Below are positions 22,630 through 34,566 of a DNA stretch of 64,000 nt, in pieces. Source of the stretch: Myxococcota bacterium (GTDB lineage Bacteria; Myxococcota_A; Polyangia; Nannocystales; Nannocystaceae); the NCBI GenBank assembly GCA_039028615.1, contig JBCCHT010000011.1, positions 160,001 through 224,000 of the forward strand. The letters run 5' to 3'. Position 1 is the first letter of the stretch. Each line of letters opens with the position of its first letter. Both the position numbers and the translations under genes were made by a program. The notes beneath the pieces were generated by a model. It was given only the letters and a program-made list of their open reading frames with translations. It had not been told where the DNA came from and searched no databases.

Positions 22630-24331
22630 CGCTACCTCCCAGACCGAGCGGTAGTTGATACGCCAAAGGCACAGCCTCACCTTTCCTTAAAGCTAGCCAG
22701 AACTTCGGTGCCAAGCCAAAGGAAAGCCAATATTGATGATAGGCCTGAGGAAACCCATCCCTTTCATCGAACTCCCAGGGGCAAAGGACCCCATAGGCGA
22801 TTGAAGTTTGAAGAACCAGAAGCTCCTCGCCTTCGTATTTCGACAAATCGAAAGAAACAGAACAAGAATCACGAACAACGCCATCAGCACGATGAAGACG
22901 ACGCTCCAACATATCACCAATAAACTCTACAAATCGCACGACACTTTTTCCACAACGAGGCAGTGAACTCAGGCGATTAAAGGCTCCTTCTGCAGCTTCC
23001 CTTATCACCGTTGACTGCACACGCATATCCACGAAGCGATCTGTTTCAGCCGCGACGAAGACCCTGTCCATCAAACGAAGAAACCGACGGGGAATACCAT
23101 CAGACGCAGCTACCAGATCATTCCAGCCACCGTACACAGCAGGCTCAGCAGCACCTCGACTGCCGGTTCTAAGCAAACGCATTGCGACCGAAGGCACGTA
23201 CTGCCTAGCGGAGTCTGAGTCAGTCTTCTTTTCCTCAAACGGAAGCAACACCTGCATATCCGAGGGTTGAAGCCGCGCAAAGAAGGCATGTGCATTGCTA
23301 TCAGTCTCCAAAAACTCGGCTGCGCGCTCTCGCAGACTAGAACCACCGAGCCAAGCATCTGGTTTCTGATGTATCTCTGCGCCAGGATGCGCACGCACTC
23401 TTTTCCCGTATACATCCAGACAAAAACGCGCAGTAGATTCGCTTTTTGGATCTAAATACAGGGCAACATATTCGAAGTCTTCACCAGGAACAAGCGGATT
23501 ATTCTCCGCCTGGGTTTCTAGTGTTTTATGACCATGCGGCAAACAAGCCAACTTGAACACCAATGGAAACGACACATTCCGCACCGCTGTGTTTACATGG
23601 AGTTGTTGTCGCACGGAGAGATTATCAAGCTCATCCAGACCAAACACCCATATAACCGGAAGGCTCCGTCCAAGGGATTGATCCAGCTCGGATTGAATCA
23701 GCGCCACAGCTGCGGCAATGGGATCAAAAAAGCCGCTAAGGAGCACTCCTTCCGGTGCCTGGACGTCGTCGCCGAACGCCCCTCGGAGGCAAGCGTCATG
23801 TATCTGCTGCTGGGCTTTACTCAGCCGTCCTCTAAGGTCCCGAACGCCGAAATAGCCTCCTCCATTTATGTCACAGAAGAACTGAGATCCTAGAATCGCG
23901 GCCGCACGCGCCTCCAGCTCAACCCCATTCAGGCCATAGACGGTCCCAACATACTCGCAGAATCGGCTAACGGCTGCGACGAATCGGTCGGCAACCAAAA
24001 GATTGAGGGCGAAAGCAAACAGAACATCACGTCGGCCATCCGAAATCCAACCGCGGCGCTGGAAGCCAGCGACCCAACGCTGACCAAGGGGCACATAGGT
24101 CCCCACCGTGAGCGGTCGCCCCCCCTTTTCAATCTCGTCGACCTTGGGTGGCCTGGTAATCCAGCGAAGAAGTGTAGATTTTCCTGACCCACGGCACCCC
24201 TGAATAATGTGAGTTCTTCCATCCTGAAGGTCCCCCAATTTCGGGCGCTCGCAATACGTGTCGTAGACGTATTCATCGAGCATGCGTTCTGCTCGACGTA
24301 GCCGGAACGGGTTTCTATCTTCCTTAGACAT
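22622..24331 (-). CDS. ORC/CDC6-like (STAND-related) P-loop ATPase
   Basis: N-terminal NPF; Walker A IIQGCRGSGKST; Walker B WVFGLDELD; GIPRRF (GxPR); C-terminal region resembling a winged helix. Confidence 0.85.
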   Translation of the reverse strand: MSKEDRNPFRLRRAERMLDEYVYDTYCERPKLGDLQDGRTHIIQGCRGSGKSTLLRWITRPPKVDEIEKGGRPLTVGTYVPLGQRWVAGFQRRGWISDGRRDVLFAFALNLLVADRFVAAVSRFCEYVGTVYGLNGVELEARAAAILGSQFFCDINGGGYFGVRDLRGRLSKAQQQIHDACLRGAFGDDVQAPEGVLLSGFFDPIAAAVALIQSELDQSLGRSLPVIWVFGLDELDNLSVRQQLHVNTAVRNVSFPLVFKLACLPHGHKTLETQAENNPLVPGEDFEYVALYLDPKSESTARFCLDVYGKRVRAHPGAEIHQKPDAWLGGSSLRERAAEFLETDSNAHAFFARLQPSDMQVLLPFEEKKTDSDSARQYVPSVAMRLLRTGSRGAAEPAVYGGWNDLVAASDGIPRRFLRLMDRVFVAAETDRFVDMRVQSTVIREAAEGAFNRLSSLPRCGKSVVRFVEFIGDMLERRLHRADGVVRDSCSVSFDLSKYEGEELLVLQTSIAYGVLCPWEFDERDGFPQAYHQYWLSFGLAPKFWLALRKGEAVPLAYQLPLGLGGSGE

Positions 24332-25574
24332 GAGATGGAAAAACCTTCCAATACGGAAGATCCTGTCCGACGTCGGTGGCTGTCAACCCACGCACGTTGG
24401 ATTCCTCGACGACGAGTTCACGCAGAATCGTGGTTTCCAGACCATACAACTCAGACTCCCTTTCTAGCGTCCGCCCCAGGTGTGGCGCGGAGCTGCTGTC
24501 ATCTAGGATGCGCCCCACGTGAAGACGTGCGTCGTCAAGAGTCGTCGCACGTCCGAACCGGAAGACGGCGGGGTTCTCAGGATCCGACGGAGGCCTCCAT
24601 CCCGAAGCCGCCTTTTCTATCGTCCGAACCAATCCGTACGTAACACCAGAATCACGACCGGCCACATCAATGCGATGGACCGCACAGCGAGTGTTCCCTC
24701 CGCCTCGCTCGCTTGGTACAGTAGCGAGGGACGCAGCACCGAACACGTGCGCCTGATGGCCCTGTGTACCAGTTTCCCGAAGATATGATCGCTCATGGCG
24801 GTGGCCATGAAGAACCAGATCGATCTTACATCGCTCGACGAAATCTGACAGTGCTGCCGAATTTGTACAAACACTAAAATCGCGCCGACCAGCCCCATCA
24901 GCGCCGGGCTTAGTGTGATGATGCAACACCAACACCCGAAGATCAATGGAAGAAGAAAGAACACCACTCTCTTCAAGGCAGCTCAACTGCCATGGGTCAA
25001 TGTGGCCAGCGTGGAGGTTCACATCATAGTCTTCCCTACAGGCTGAATTTATCCCAAGAATCGCCATACGGCCGACCGTGGACCAATGCACAAAGCCGGC
25101 GACACCATCAAGCGAGTACGGATGCCTTTGATCCGTAGATAGCCCCTCAACCCTCGAGCAAAAACTGAGGTACGGACTAAAGCGCATTGAACGAAATCCC
25201 GAATCGTTATCTTCACCAAACGACACTGCTTCTTTCGGCTCATCAGGCAAAGACAACTTAGTCAGCGCCCATGCAACATCGTGATTCCCAGGCACCGTGA
25301 AGACGGGCGTAGGCACTGAAGACCCCCATAATCTCCCCAGTTCTCGGCAAAACTCTTCCGCTTGCCAAAATTCATACGGTGATGCAGATGTGGTAATGTC
25401 TCCAGAGAGCACGACAACATCAGGGCGTTCCCATGCCTTCAACGCCTCTAGAAGTTCCTTAAAGAGAGGATCTCTCAGAACGGAAGGCGGGTCCGAAGGG
25501 TCGGTAGGAGAAGCCAGACACAACTTACCGAATTGAACGTCGGAAAGATGAAGGATGCTGCCCATGGATTTCAT
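24324..25574 (-). CDS. Calcineurin-like metallophosphoesterase (CpdA/Icc-like)
   Basis: ILHLSDVQFG, VLSGDIT, PGNHD, VLHHH, LHGHRH; stop overlaps the ATPase start by 8 nt. Confidence 0.9.
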   Translation of the reverse strand: MKSMGSILHLSDVQFGKLCLASPTDPSDPPSVLRDPLFKELLEALKAWERPDVVVLSGDITTSASPYEFWQAEEFCRELGRLWGSSVPTPVFTVPGNHDVAWALTKLSLPDEPKEAVSFGEDNDSGFRSMRFSPYLSFCSRVEGLSTDQRHPYSLDGVAGFVHWSTVGRMAILGINSACREDYDVNLHAGHIDPWQLSCLEESGVLSSSIDLRVLVLHHHTKPGADGAGRRDFSVCTNSAALSDFVERCKIDLVLHGHRHERSYLRETGTQGHQAHVFGAASLATVPSERGGGNTRCAVHRIDVAGRDSGVTYGLVRTIEKAASGWRPPSDPENPAVFRFGRATTLDDARLHVGRILDDSSSAPHLGRTLERESELYGLETTILRELVVEESNVRGLTATDVGQDLPYWKVFPSHV

Positions 25575-25597
25575 ACAATGGTCACCCGGCGCGGCTC

Positions 25598-25626
25598 ATT
25601 CTAGGGTAGGCAGAATTTGTTCTCAA
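25598..25626 (-). promoter_or_regulatory. Sigma70-like promoter for the islet operon
   Basis: Minus strand reads TTGAGA-N17-TAGAAT, 23 nt upstream of the phosphoesterase ATG. Confidence 0.65.
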
Positions 25627-25923
25627 TAACCGGTTTTCTGTATTCTAGCCGGCTGCTGGGGCGTATGCGGAACACTCAGAAACACCTACCTGAACGTATT
25701 GCTTGGAGGAAGTGCACGCGAACACAGAAAGCACTGAAGCCTCGTCGAACTGCGTCATGGGGCGCTTTTGATTCGAGATGCGTCACGACGGAGCATCGGC
25801 ACGACGCATTTTGCAAAGGCCCGTTCGTGCCAACTGTCAGTAGTTCGCACCTCCTCGTACTTTCCTGCGGACGGCAAAGACGAACACAGGCGAATAGGCA
25901 AATAGACCAGCCGCGCGAGGCGG

Positions 25924-28893
<2,970 letters not shown>

Positions 28894-28950
28894 GGGGCGG
28901 ACCGTAGCAGGCGTCTACGACCGCCCACCACCCCTGCGACGCCCGTGGGC

Positions 28951-29391
28951 TCAACGCCGACCGCGGAGCCAGCCGTCGATCGACCAGCGGTCGTGGACCG
29001 GAGGGATCATCAGCACGAACAGCAGCAGCACCAAGCGCGGGAAGATGTGATGCGTGGTGTCGTACAGCGCCTCTTGGAGCAGGTGCCCGTAGCTCACCAT
29101 CACCAGCACGACCCCGAGCGCGATGGCGGACTCACGCACGCGGAGCCCGAGGCACAGGGCCGCGCCCGCAATCAGCTCGACGAACGGAATCGCCAGGCCC
29201 GTGGCCCACAGCACGGCGGTGGGGATCCACGTGGAGGCGAACCCGTCGACGAAGAGCTTCTGGGCATGGGCGGTGGGGCCGAGCTCGAAGACCTTCCAGT
29301 AGCCGGCCATGCCGAACATCAGGCCGAGGACCCAGCGGGCGAACAGGGCCGCCCACCCGGCTCCAGTGACGCGTCCGTCGTCGTCGTGCAC
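28951..29391 (-). CDS. DoxX family membrane protein
   Basis: RWVLGLMFGMAGYWK; FVELIAGAALCLG; C-terminal RWSID; four TM segments. Confidence 0.8.
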   Translation of the reverse strand: MHDDDGRVTGAGWAALFARWVLGLMFGMAGYWKVFELGPTAHAQKLFVDGFASTWIPTAVLWATGLAIPFVELIAGAALCLGLRVRESAIALGVVLVMVSYGHLLQEALYDTTHHIFPRLVLLLFVLMIPPVHDRWSIDGWLRGRR

Positions 29392-29728
29392 GGGGATGGG
29401 TACTCGGCGCGGCGGTCCGAGTTACGCCGCGCGGCGGCGGTCGACGAAGCCGGGCGGCAGCGGCATCTGCTCGCGGCGCCGATCGGCGCGGGAGACCTCG
29501 CGAATCGGGGCCGGACGGGCGCCACGCGCGACAATCGCGCGAGATAGCGTGATCTTCGCCAGGCCCACGTTGTGACGGCCTCGGGGCGGTAGGTTCGCCT
29601 GCAGACGCTCCTGCGGGGCATTCCGCGACCGGCGAGGTTCGCGGCCGACGGCCAGGAGGGGGGCGGAACGCTTATCCGACATGTAGGTATGTGTATCAGG
29701 CCACGCGGGTGCCCCCAAGAATCCGGCG

Positions 29729-30970
29729 TCACTGGCCGCTGAGGGCGAAGCCCGCCTGACCGGTGCTGAAGTCGAGCATGAACTGCGTCGACAACGAGTT
29801 CGACAGCAGGAAATCCAGGCCGATGATCGATTGCCGGCTGTCGGAGGTGCCGAGCGTGGCCGCCGACTCTTGCAGCACGTTCACCGACGACGAGCCCTCG
29901 GCGAAGCTCACCGTCAACGAACATGCGTCGCTCGAGCAGTCGGGACCCGCCTGCCCGAAGTTCACGTTCCCGCCCTGCGGCTGGGTGCCGGTATCGAAGA
30001 GCACCGAGACCTCGCCCGACATCGAGCCTCCCGAGTTGAACACATCGATGGTGGCCGGCACATAGGGCGACCACAGCAACGCGCTCACGTGGCTGGGCAT
30101 CGTGGACGGAGGATTGGCGACCGCCGTCAGCGGGCTCGTGGTGAAGGTGTCGACGACGGAGGACGAGAGCCCCACCGTCAGCGTCGGGCTCGATCCGCCC
30201 GTGAGGGTAAAGCCCGTGTCCAGCGGCTCGGGTGCCGCCGACGTATCGAAGTAGATCATCGGGCTCACCAAGCCGCCGCCGACCGAGCTGTTGATCCCCA
30301 CCAAGCCCGCCCCCGCGGGCGGATCGTTGGGGTACTGCGTGACGACGACGAAGGGCATCGGGGCCGAGACCGCGGCGTCGCCCGAACCGAGGATCACGTT
30401 GGAGACCGCGAGGTACCCCGACTGCGCCCCCGCGCCGTAGCAACGGGTGACCTCGATGTCGGTGACGTACACGTTCTGTGTGGACTCGTAGCTGGGTAGC
30501 GTGCTGCTGCTGAAGCCCGAGCACGTGTCGGCATCGAACAGGACTTGGCAGTCCACCGTCACCCCCGCGGAGCCCGTGTCCAAGATGACGGGTTTGACCC
30601 CCGAGGCTGCGATCACCCGGTTGCCGATGGTGAGCGTCGGTGAGAGGCGCTGGCCGTTGTCGGCGAGGGTCAGCGACAGCGAGAGCGGGCCGTCGTCCAG
30701 CCCCGACGCGGGCGGGAGCTTGCCCGTGGTCCCCGTCTGCTGGTCGAAGTAGTTCGTGACGGCCGACGTGGTGTACAGGCCGAGATTCTCGACGGCGGAG
30801 ACCCCCTGGCCCTGGCACTGCGAGTGGTCGGCGGGCGTCGCCGTGCCCGGGCCTCCCTTCGAACAGCCCAGGGTCAGCACCAACGGAGACCCCGCGAGCG
30901 CCATTCGCCAGCGTGACCCGGTCGCGGATCGGGTGAGGATTCGGGGCTCGAACTCGGTGCTTCGTTTCAT
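29729..30970 (-). CDS. Bilobed pepsin-like aspartic protease, lipoprotein
   Basis: VILDTGS, flap YGAG, GLVGI, VLFDTGT, IIGLDFL, C-terminal LDFSTGQAGFA; LTLGC lipobox. Confidence 0.75.
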   Translation of the reverse strand: MKRSTEFEPRILTRSATGSRWRMALAGSPLVLTLGCSKGGPGTATPADHSQCQGQGVSAVENLGLYTTSAVTNYFDQQTGTTGKLPPASGLDDGPLSLSLTLADNGQRLSPTLTIGNRVIAASGVKPVILDTGSAGVTVDCQVLFDADTCSGFSSSTLPSYESTQNVYVTDIEVTRCYGAGAQSGYLAVSNVILGSGDAAVSAPMPFVVVTQYPNDPPAGAGLVGINSSVGGGLVSPMIYFDTSAAPEPLDTGFTLTGGSSPTLTVGLSSSVVDTFTTSPLTAVANPPSTMPSHVSALLWSPYVPATIDVFNSGGSMSGEVSVLFDTGTQPQGGNVNFGQAGPDCSSDACSLTVSFAEGSSSVNVLQESAATLGTSDSRQSIIGLDFLLSNSLSTQFMLDFSTGQAGFALSGQ

Positions 30971-31065
30971 CGCATTTCTCCGCGGGGCGAACTCCCCCGT
31001 GCCACGGGGCCCCCGGGGTTGGTGGGTCGAAGCCCAGCAGTGATCACAAAAACTCGGGCCAATTT

Positions 31066-31941
31066 ATGATCAACTCGACCCATGGTCCCACTGAACCTGC
31101 GATGACGACGACCCAGACCAGCGACCCTACGGTGACCTCGCTCAGCTCATTTGGGCAGTGGCCTTCGTTCTCGAATGACGGCAGCACGGTGGTGTTCTCG
31201 AGCGGCCACTCGCTGCACACGGTTTCGAGCGCGGGGAACGACGCCACGGTGCTGTACCAGGGGAGCGCAGCCTACAGCGCCTCCCGGGCCGACTGGTCGT
31301 GGAGTCCGACCACCATCGCGTTCACCATGAACATGGACGCCCCCGAGGGTCCTCGAGCCGTCACCTGGACCATCGACTCCGACGGCAGCAACGCAGGCGC
31401 GCTCAATTACTCGGGAGGACTGCGCGACACCTACTACCCGTCGTGGTTCGAGGACCTGAAATCCATCGTCGCGATGGACGGGGGCGACGACAAACACGTG
31501 CGCCTGTACCAGTTCGACATCTCGGCCGGCACCGCGACCGCGCTGACCGACTACGAAGACATCACCGCGGGTCGCCCGTCCGTGAACCCCGACGGCACCG
31601 TCGTCGCCTTCGCGGGCAACAAGGGCCCCTTCAGCCAGCAGGACAACCAGATCTGGTCGGTGGACATCGCGTCGGGCGACATCACCCAGCTCGAGCCCGG
31701 CCAAGGCCGCTCCCCGAACTGGTCCCCCGACGGCAAGTGGATCCTGTTCGAATCCGACCGCAGCGGCACCTATCAGCTGTACGTCATGCCGGCAGGCGGC
31801 GGGACCCCGGTCCAGCTCACCGACGGCAGCTCCGGTGCCACCCACGGGGAGTGGAACCGGCAGCAGACGAGCATCGTCTTTCAGGCGGGCCGCAGCGGGA
31901 TCTCGACGTTCCCGGTGCCCAGCGCCTACCAGAGCGCCTGA
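31066..31941 (+). CDS. TolB-like PD40 beta-propeller protein
   Basis: PSFSNDG, PSVNPDG, PNWSPDGKWILFESDRSG. Confidence 0.85.
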   Translation: MINSTHGPTEPAMTTTQTSDPTVTSLSSFGQWPSFSNDGSTVVFSSGHSLHTVSSAGNDATVLYQGSAAYSASRADWSWSPTTIAFTMNMDAPEGPRAVTWTIDSDGSNAGALNYSGGLRDTYYPSWFEDLKSIVAMDGGDDKHVRLYQFDISAGTATALTDYEDITAGRPSVNPDGTVVAFAGNKGPFSQQDNQIWSVDIASGDITQLEPGQGRSPNWSPDGKWILFESDRSGTYQLYVMPAGGGTPVQLTDGSSGATHGEWNRQQTSIVFQAGRSGISTFPVPSAYQSA

Positions 31942-31947
31942 CCCCGC

Positions 31948-32889
31948 TCAGTAGCGGGGCACCGACGAGTCGACCTCGTTCGACCAGGCATCGATGCCGC
32001 CGACGAGGTTGTGCACGTCACGGAAGCCCTGCTGCGTGAAGTGCTGTGCCGCCTGGTAGCTGCGCATGCCGTGGTGGCAGTGAATCACGATGGTCGTGTT
32101 CTTGGGCAGCGCCATCAGGTCGTCGATGTTGTGCGGGGTGACCATCACCGCGCCCTCGATCTTCGCGGTGGCGCGCTCCTGCTCGCTGCGCACGTCGAGG
32201 AAGTGGAAGTCCTTGCCCGCGTCGAGCCACGCCTTCACCTCGGCCGGCGAGATCTGCTTGACCTGCGCGGGCGCGTTGGGATTGTCGAGCTTGAAGCCCT
32301 CTTGGGGCTCGGACACGTAGTCGACGACGAGGCCGCTGGCCCGACGGGCGGAGGCGGGGTCGAGCACGAGCTTGATGCCGCCCGAGATCACTGCGACGTC
32401 GTGGGCCTGCGAGGGCCCGAGCGAAAGGTCGTGGCGGAACGCGGAGTCGATGCTGATCCGCAGGCTGTCGTCGCTGGAGCCCTCGGCCGAGGCCTGGCGG
32501 AAGACATTGGCCGCAGCCTCGGTCACCGTGATCTCCGGCGGGGCGACCTCGGCCACCGCGTCTCCGAGCGCAGGCACGAGCTCGCCGTCGGAGTCCATCT
32601 GCCGCACGATGTCGCAGCCGCCCAGGAACTCACCGCCAACATACAGCTGCGGGATGGTGGGCCAGTCGCTGAACTTCTTGATGCCGTCGCGGATCGCCGG
32701 ATCGGCGAGCACGTTGACGGTGGTGTACTCGGGCAAGTACCGATCGAGGATTTCCACCACGGTGGCCGAGAACCCGCACTGGGGGGCGCTCCGGTTGCCC
32801 TTCATGAACAACACGACCTTGTCGGAAGCGACGAGCTTGCCGAGCTCCTCTTGCGTGGACTGGTCCAGATCCGATTTGACGTCGTTCAT
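31948..32889 (-). CDS. grxD: Monothiol glutaredoxin (Grx4) fused to IscA/HesB-like and rhodanese domains
   Basis: FMKG..PQCGFS..WPTIPQLY..GGCD; middle ITVTEAA..GFKLDNPNA; rhodanese DVR..CHHGMRS..GGIDAW. Confidence 0.88.
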   Translation of the reverse strand: MNDVKSDLDQSTQEELGKLVASDKVVLFMKGNRSAPQCGFSATVVEILDRYLPEYTTVNVLADPAIRDGIKKFSDWPTIPQLYVGGEFLGGCDIVRQMDSDGELVPALGDAVAEVAPPEITVTEAAANVFRQASAEGSSDDSLRISIDSAFRHDLSLGPSQAHDVAVISGGIKLVLDPASARRASGLVVDYVSEPQEGFKLDNPNAPAQVKQISPAEVKAWLDAGKDFHFLDVRSEQERATAKIEGAVMVTPHNIDDLMALPKNTTIVIHCHHGMRSYQAAQHFTQQGFRDVHNLVGGIDAWSNEVDSSVPRY

Positions 32890-33035
32890 GCAGGGCTCCT
32901 GGCCGGCGATGGTACTGCGCTGAGGGTCGGGCGCAAGCCGCCCCGCCAATCCCGCACCCCGCCCGATGCGCGGGGGCCAAAAACGGCCCTCCTTTGGCAG
33001 CCTGCCGCCCACAGCTGCTACGTTAGGAAGGACTC

Positions 33036-33248
33036 ATGCACCCCGCGCTGCTCGTGTTCCTCATCGTCTTGGCCGTCGCCGGAGGGCTCTGGGTCGGCTT
33101 CAGCGCGGGTCGAGCCCGTCCCCTGAGTGCTGAAGCCCCCAACAAGAGCATCGGCAACCGCGCTCGCGATGCGGCCACCAAGGGCGCGCTGGGCCTGTGG
33201 CGGTGGAACCGCGCCCGCAAGAAGAAGGCGCGGGACAAAGACAATTAG
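33036..33248 (+). CDS. Small membrane protein
   Basis: AGGA upstream of the ATG; N-terminal TM helix; basic tail. Confidence 0.55.
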   Translation: MHPALLVFLIVLAVAGGLWVGFSAGRARPLSAEAPNKSIGNRARDAATKGALGLWRWNRARKKKARDKDN

Positions 33249-33368
33249 CGCCCGCGTTTCGGGGCACATCGACCGGCTCGCCTACGGGCACGGGGCACCT
33301 TGCCCCCCGCGCCGCTCGGCTCGGTCGCCTCGCGACGACGCTTCGTCATCGCGCTACTGTCCGCCCGC

Positions 33369-34274
33369 ATGGTCAGCATCATCGCCTGGGTCCCCCTGCA
33401 GAGCGACGTGCTCGACGTGCTCGACTACAAGCTCGTCGAGGTCGGCGGCACGACGGTCACCGTCGCCACCGCCTTGAGCTCGTTGCTCGTCATCCTCGTC
33501 TCGGTGTGGCTGGCCAAGACCACGCGCAAGGGCATCCGCAAGCTCTTCGTGTCGCGCGGCATCGGTAACGCGGGCACGGCCGGCACCGTGGGCGGCGTCC
33601 TCTACTACCTGATCCTCATGATCGGGTTCGGCATCGCGCTGCAGACGATGGGCATCGACCTGGCGGCCCTGTTCGCAGCCGGCGCCATCTTTGCCATCGG
33701 CTTGGGCTTTGCGATGCAGAACATCGCCCAGAACTTCGTGTCCGGCGTCATCCTGCTGACCGAGCGCGCCATCAAGCCGGGCGACATCCTCGAGGTCGAC
33801 GGGGCCATGGTCCGCATCCATCAGATGGGCATCCGCGCCACGCAGGTCGAGACCCGCGACGGCGAGGAGATCATCGTGCCCAACTCGCTGCTCGCCCAGT
33901 CGAGCGTGAAAAACTACACCCTGCAGAGCTCGGGCTTCCGCCTGCGAACGACGGTGGGCGTCGCCTACGACTCCGACCTCACCCGGGTCCGCGCCGTGCT
34001 CGAGCAGGTCGCCGACGAGTGCCCCCATCGCATCGAGAGCCGACCGGCCGAGGTCTTCCTCATCGAGTTCGGCGACAGTGCGGTGATCTACGACGTGATG
34101 ATCTGGACCAACGACGTGTGGCGGGAACGCGCGATTCGTTCGGTGATCAGCGAGGCCATTTGGTCCGCGTTTGCGCGCGAGGGCATCGTGATCGCGTTCC
34201 CCCAGATGGACGTGCACTTCGACGATACGGTGACCTCGGGGCTCCAATCCCTCGGCCGACGCAACGCCAGCTGA
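33369..34274 (+). CDS. Small-conductance mechanosensitive channel (MscS family)
   Basis: GLGFAMQNIAQNFVSGVILL, IKPGD, IIVPNS, VGVAYDSD, IAFPQMDVH. Confidence 0.92.
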   Translation: MVSIIAWVPLQSDVLDVLDYKLVEVGGTTVTVATALSSLLVILVSVWLAKTTRKGIRKLFVSRGIGNAGTAGTVGGVLYYLILMIGFGIALQTMGIDLAALFAAGAIFAIGLGFAMQNIAQNFVSGVILLTERAIKPGDILEVDGAMVRIHQMGIRATQVETRDGEEIIVPNSLLAQSSVKNYTLQSSGFRLRTTVGVAYDSDLTRVRAVLEQVADECPHRIESRPAEVFLIEFGDSAVIYDVMIWTNDVWRERAIRSVISEAIWSAFAREGIVIAFPQMDVHFDDTVTSGLQSLGRRNAS

Positions 34275-34566
34275 CCGCGGCAAAGGCGGAGCGCCAACTC
34301 GCCGACGCCGCCCCTCCGAGGGTTGGCACTCGCGGCCTTAGATGTCCTGCGAAAGGTCGGCGGCGGCATCGAACGCAGGCGTGGTTCCCGTCCGGCGGCG
34401 ATGATTTGAAAGGTCGACAGATCTTAGCCGTACCTTAAGTGTCGACGCCCCCACGGGTCGCGGCCCTGGAAGCCCGAACCGGGGATGACACAGTCCCGTA
34501 GTGGTCCTGAGAAGGCTCATCGCACGCATCGCATGGCATCATCGCTCGGCGGGCTCGGGCGGCGGC

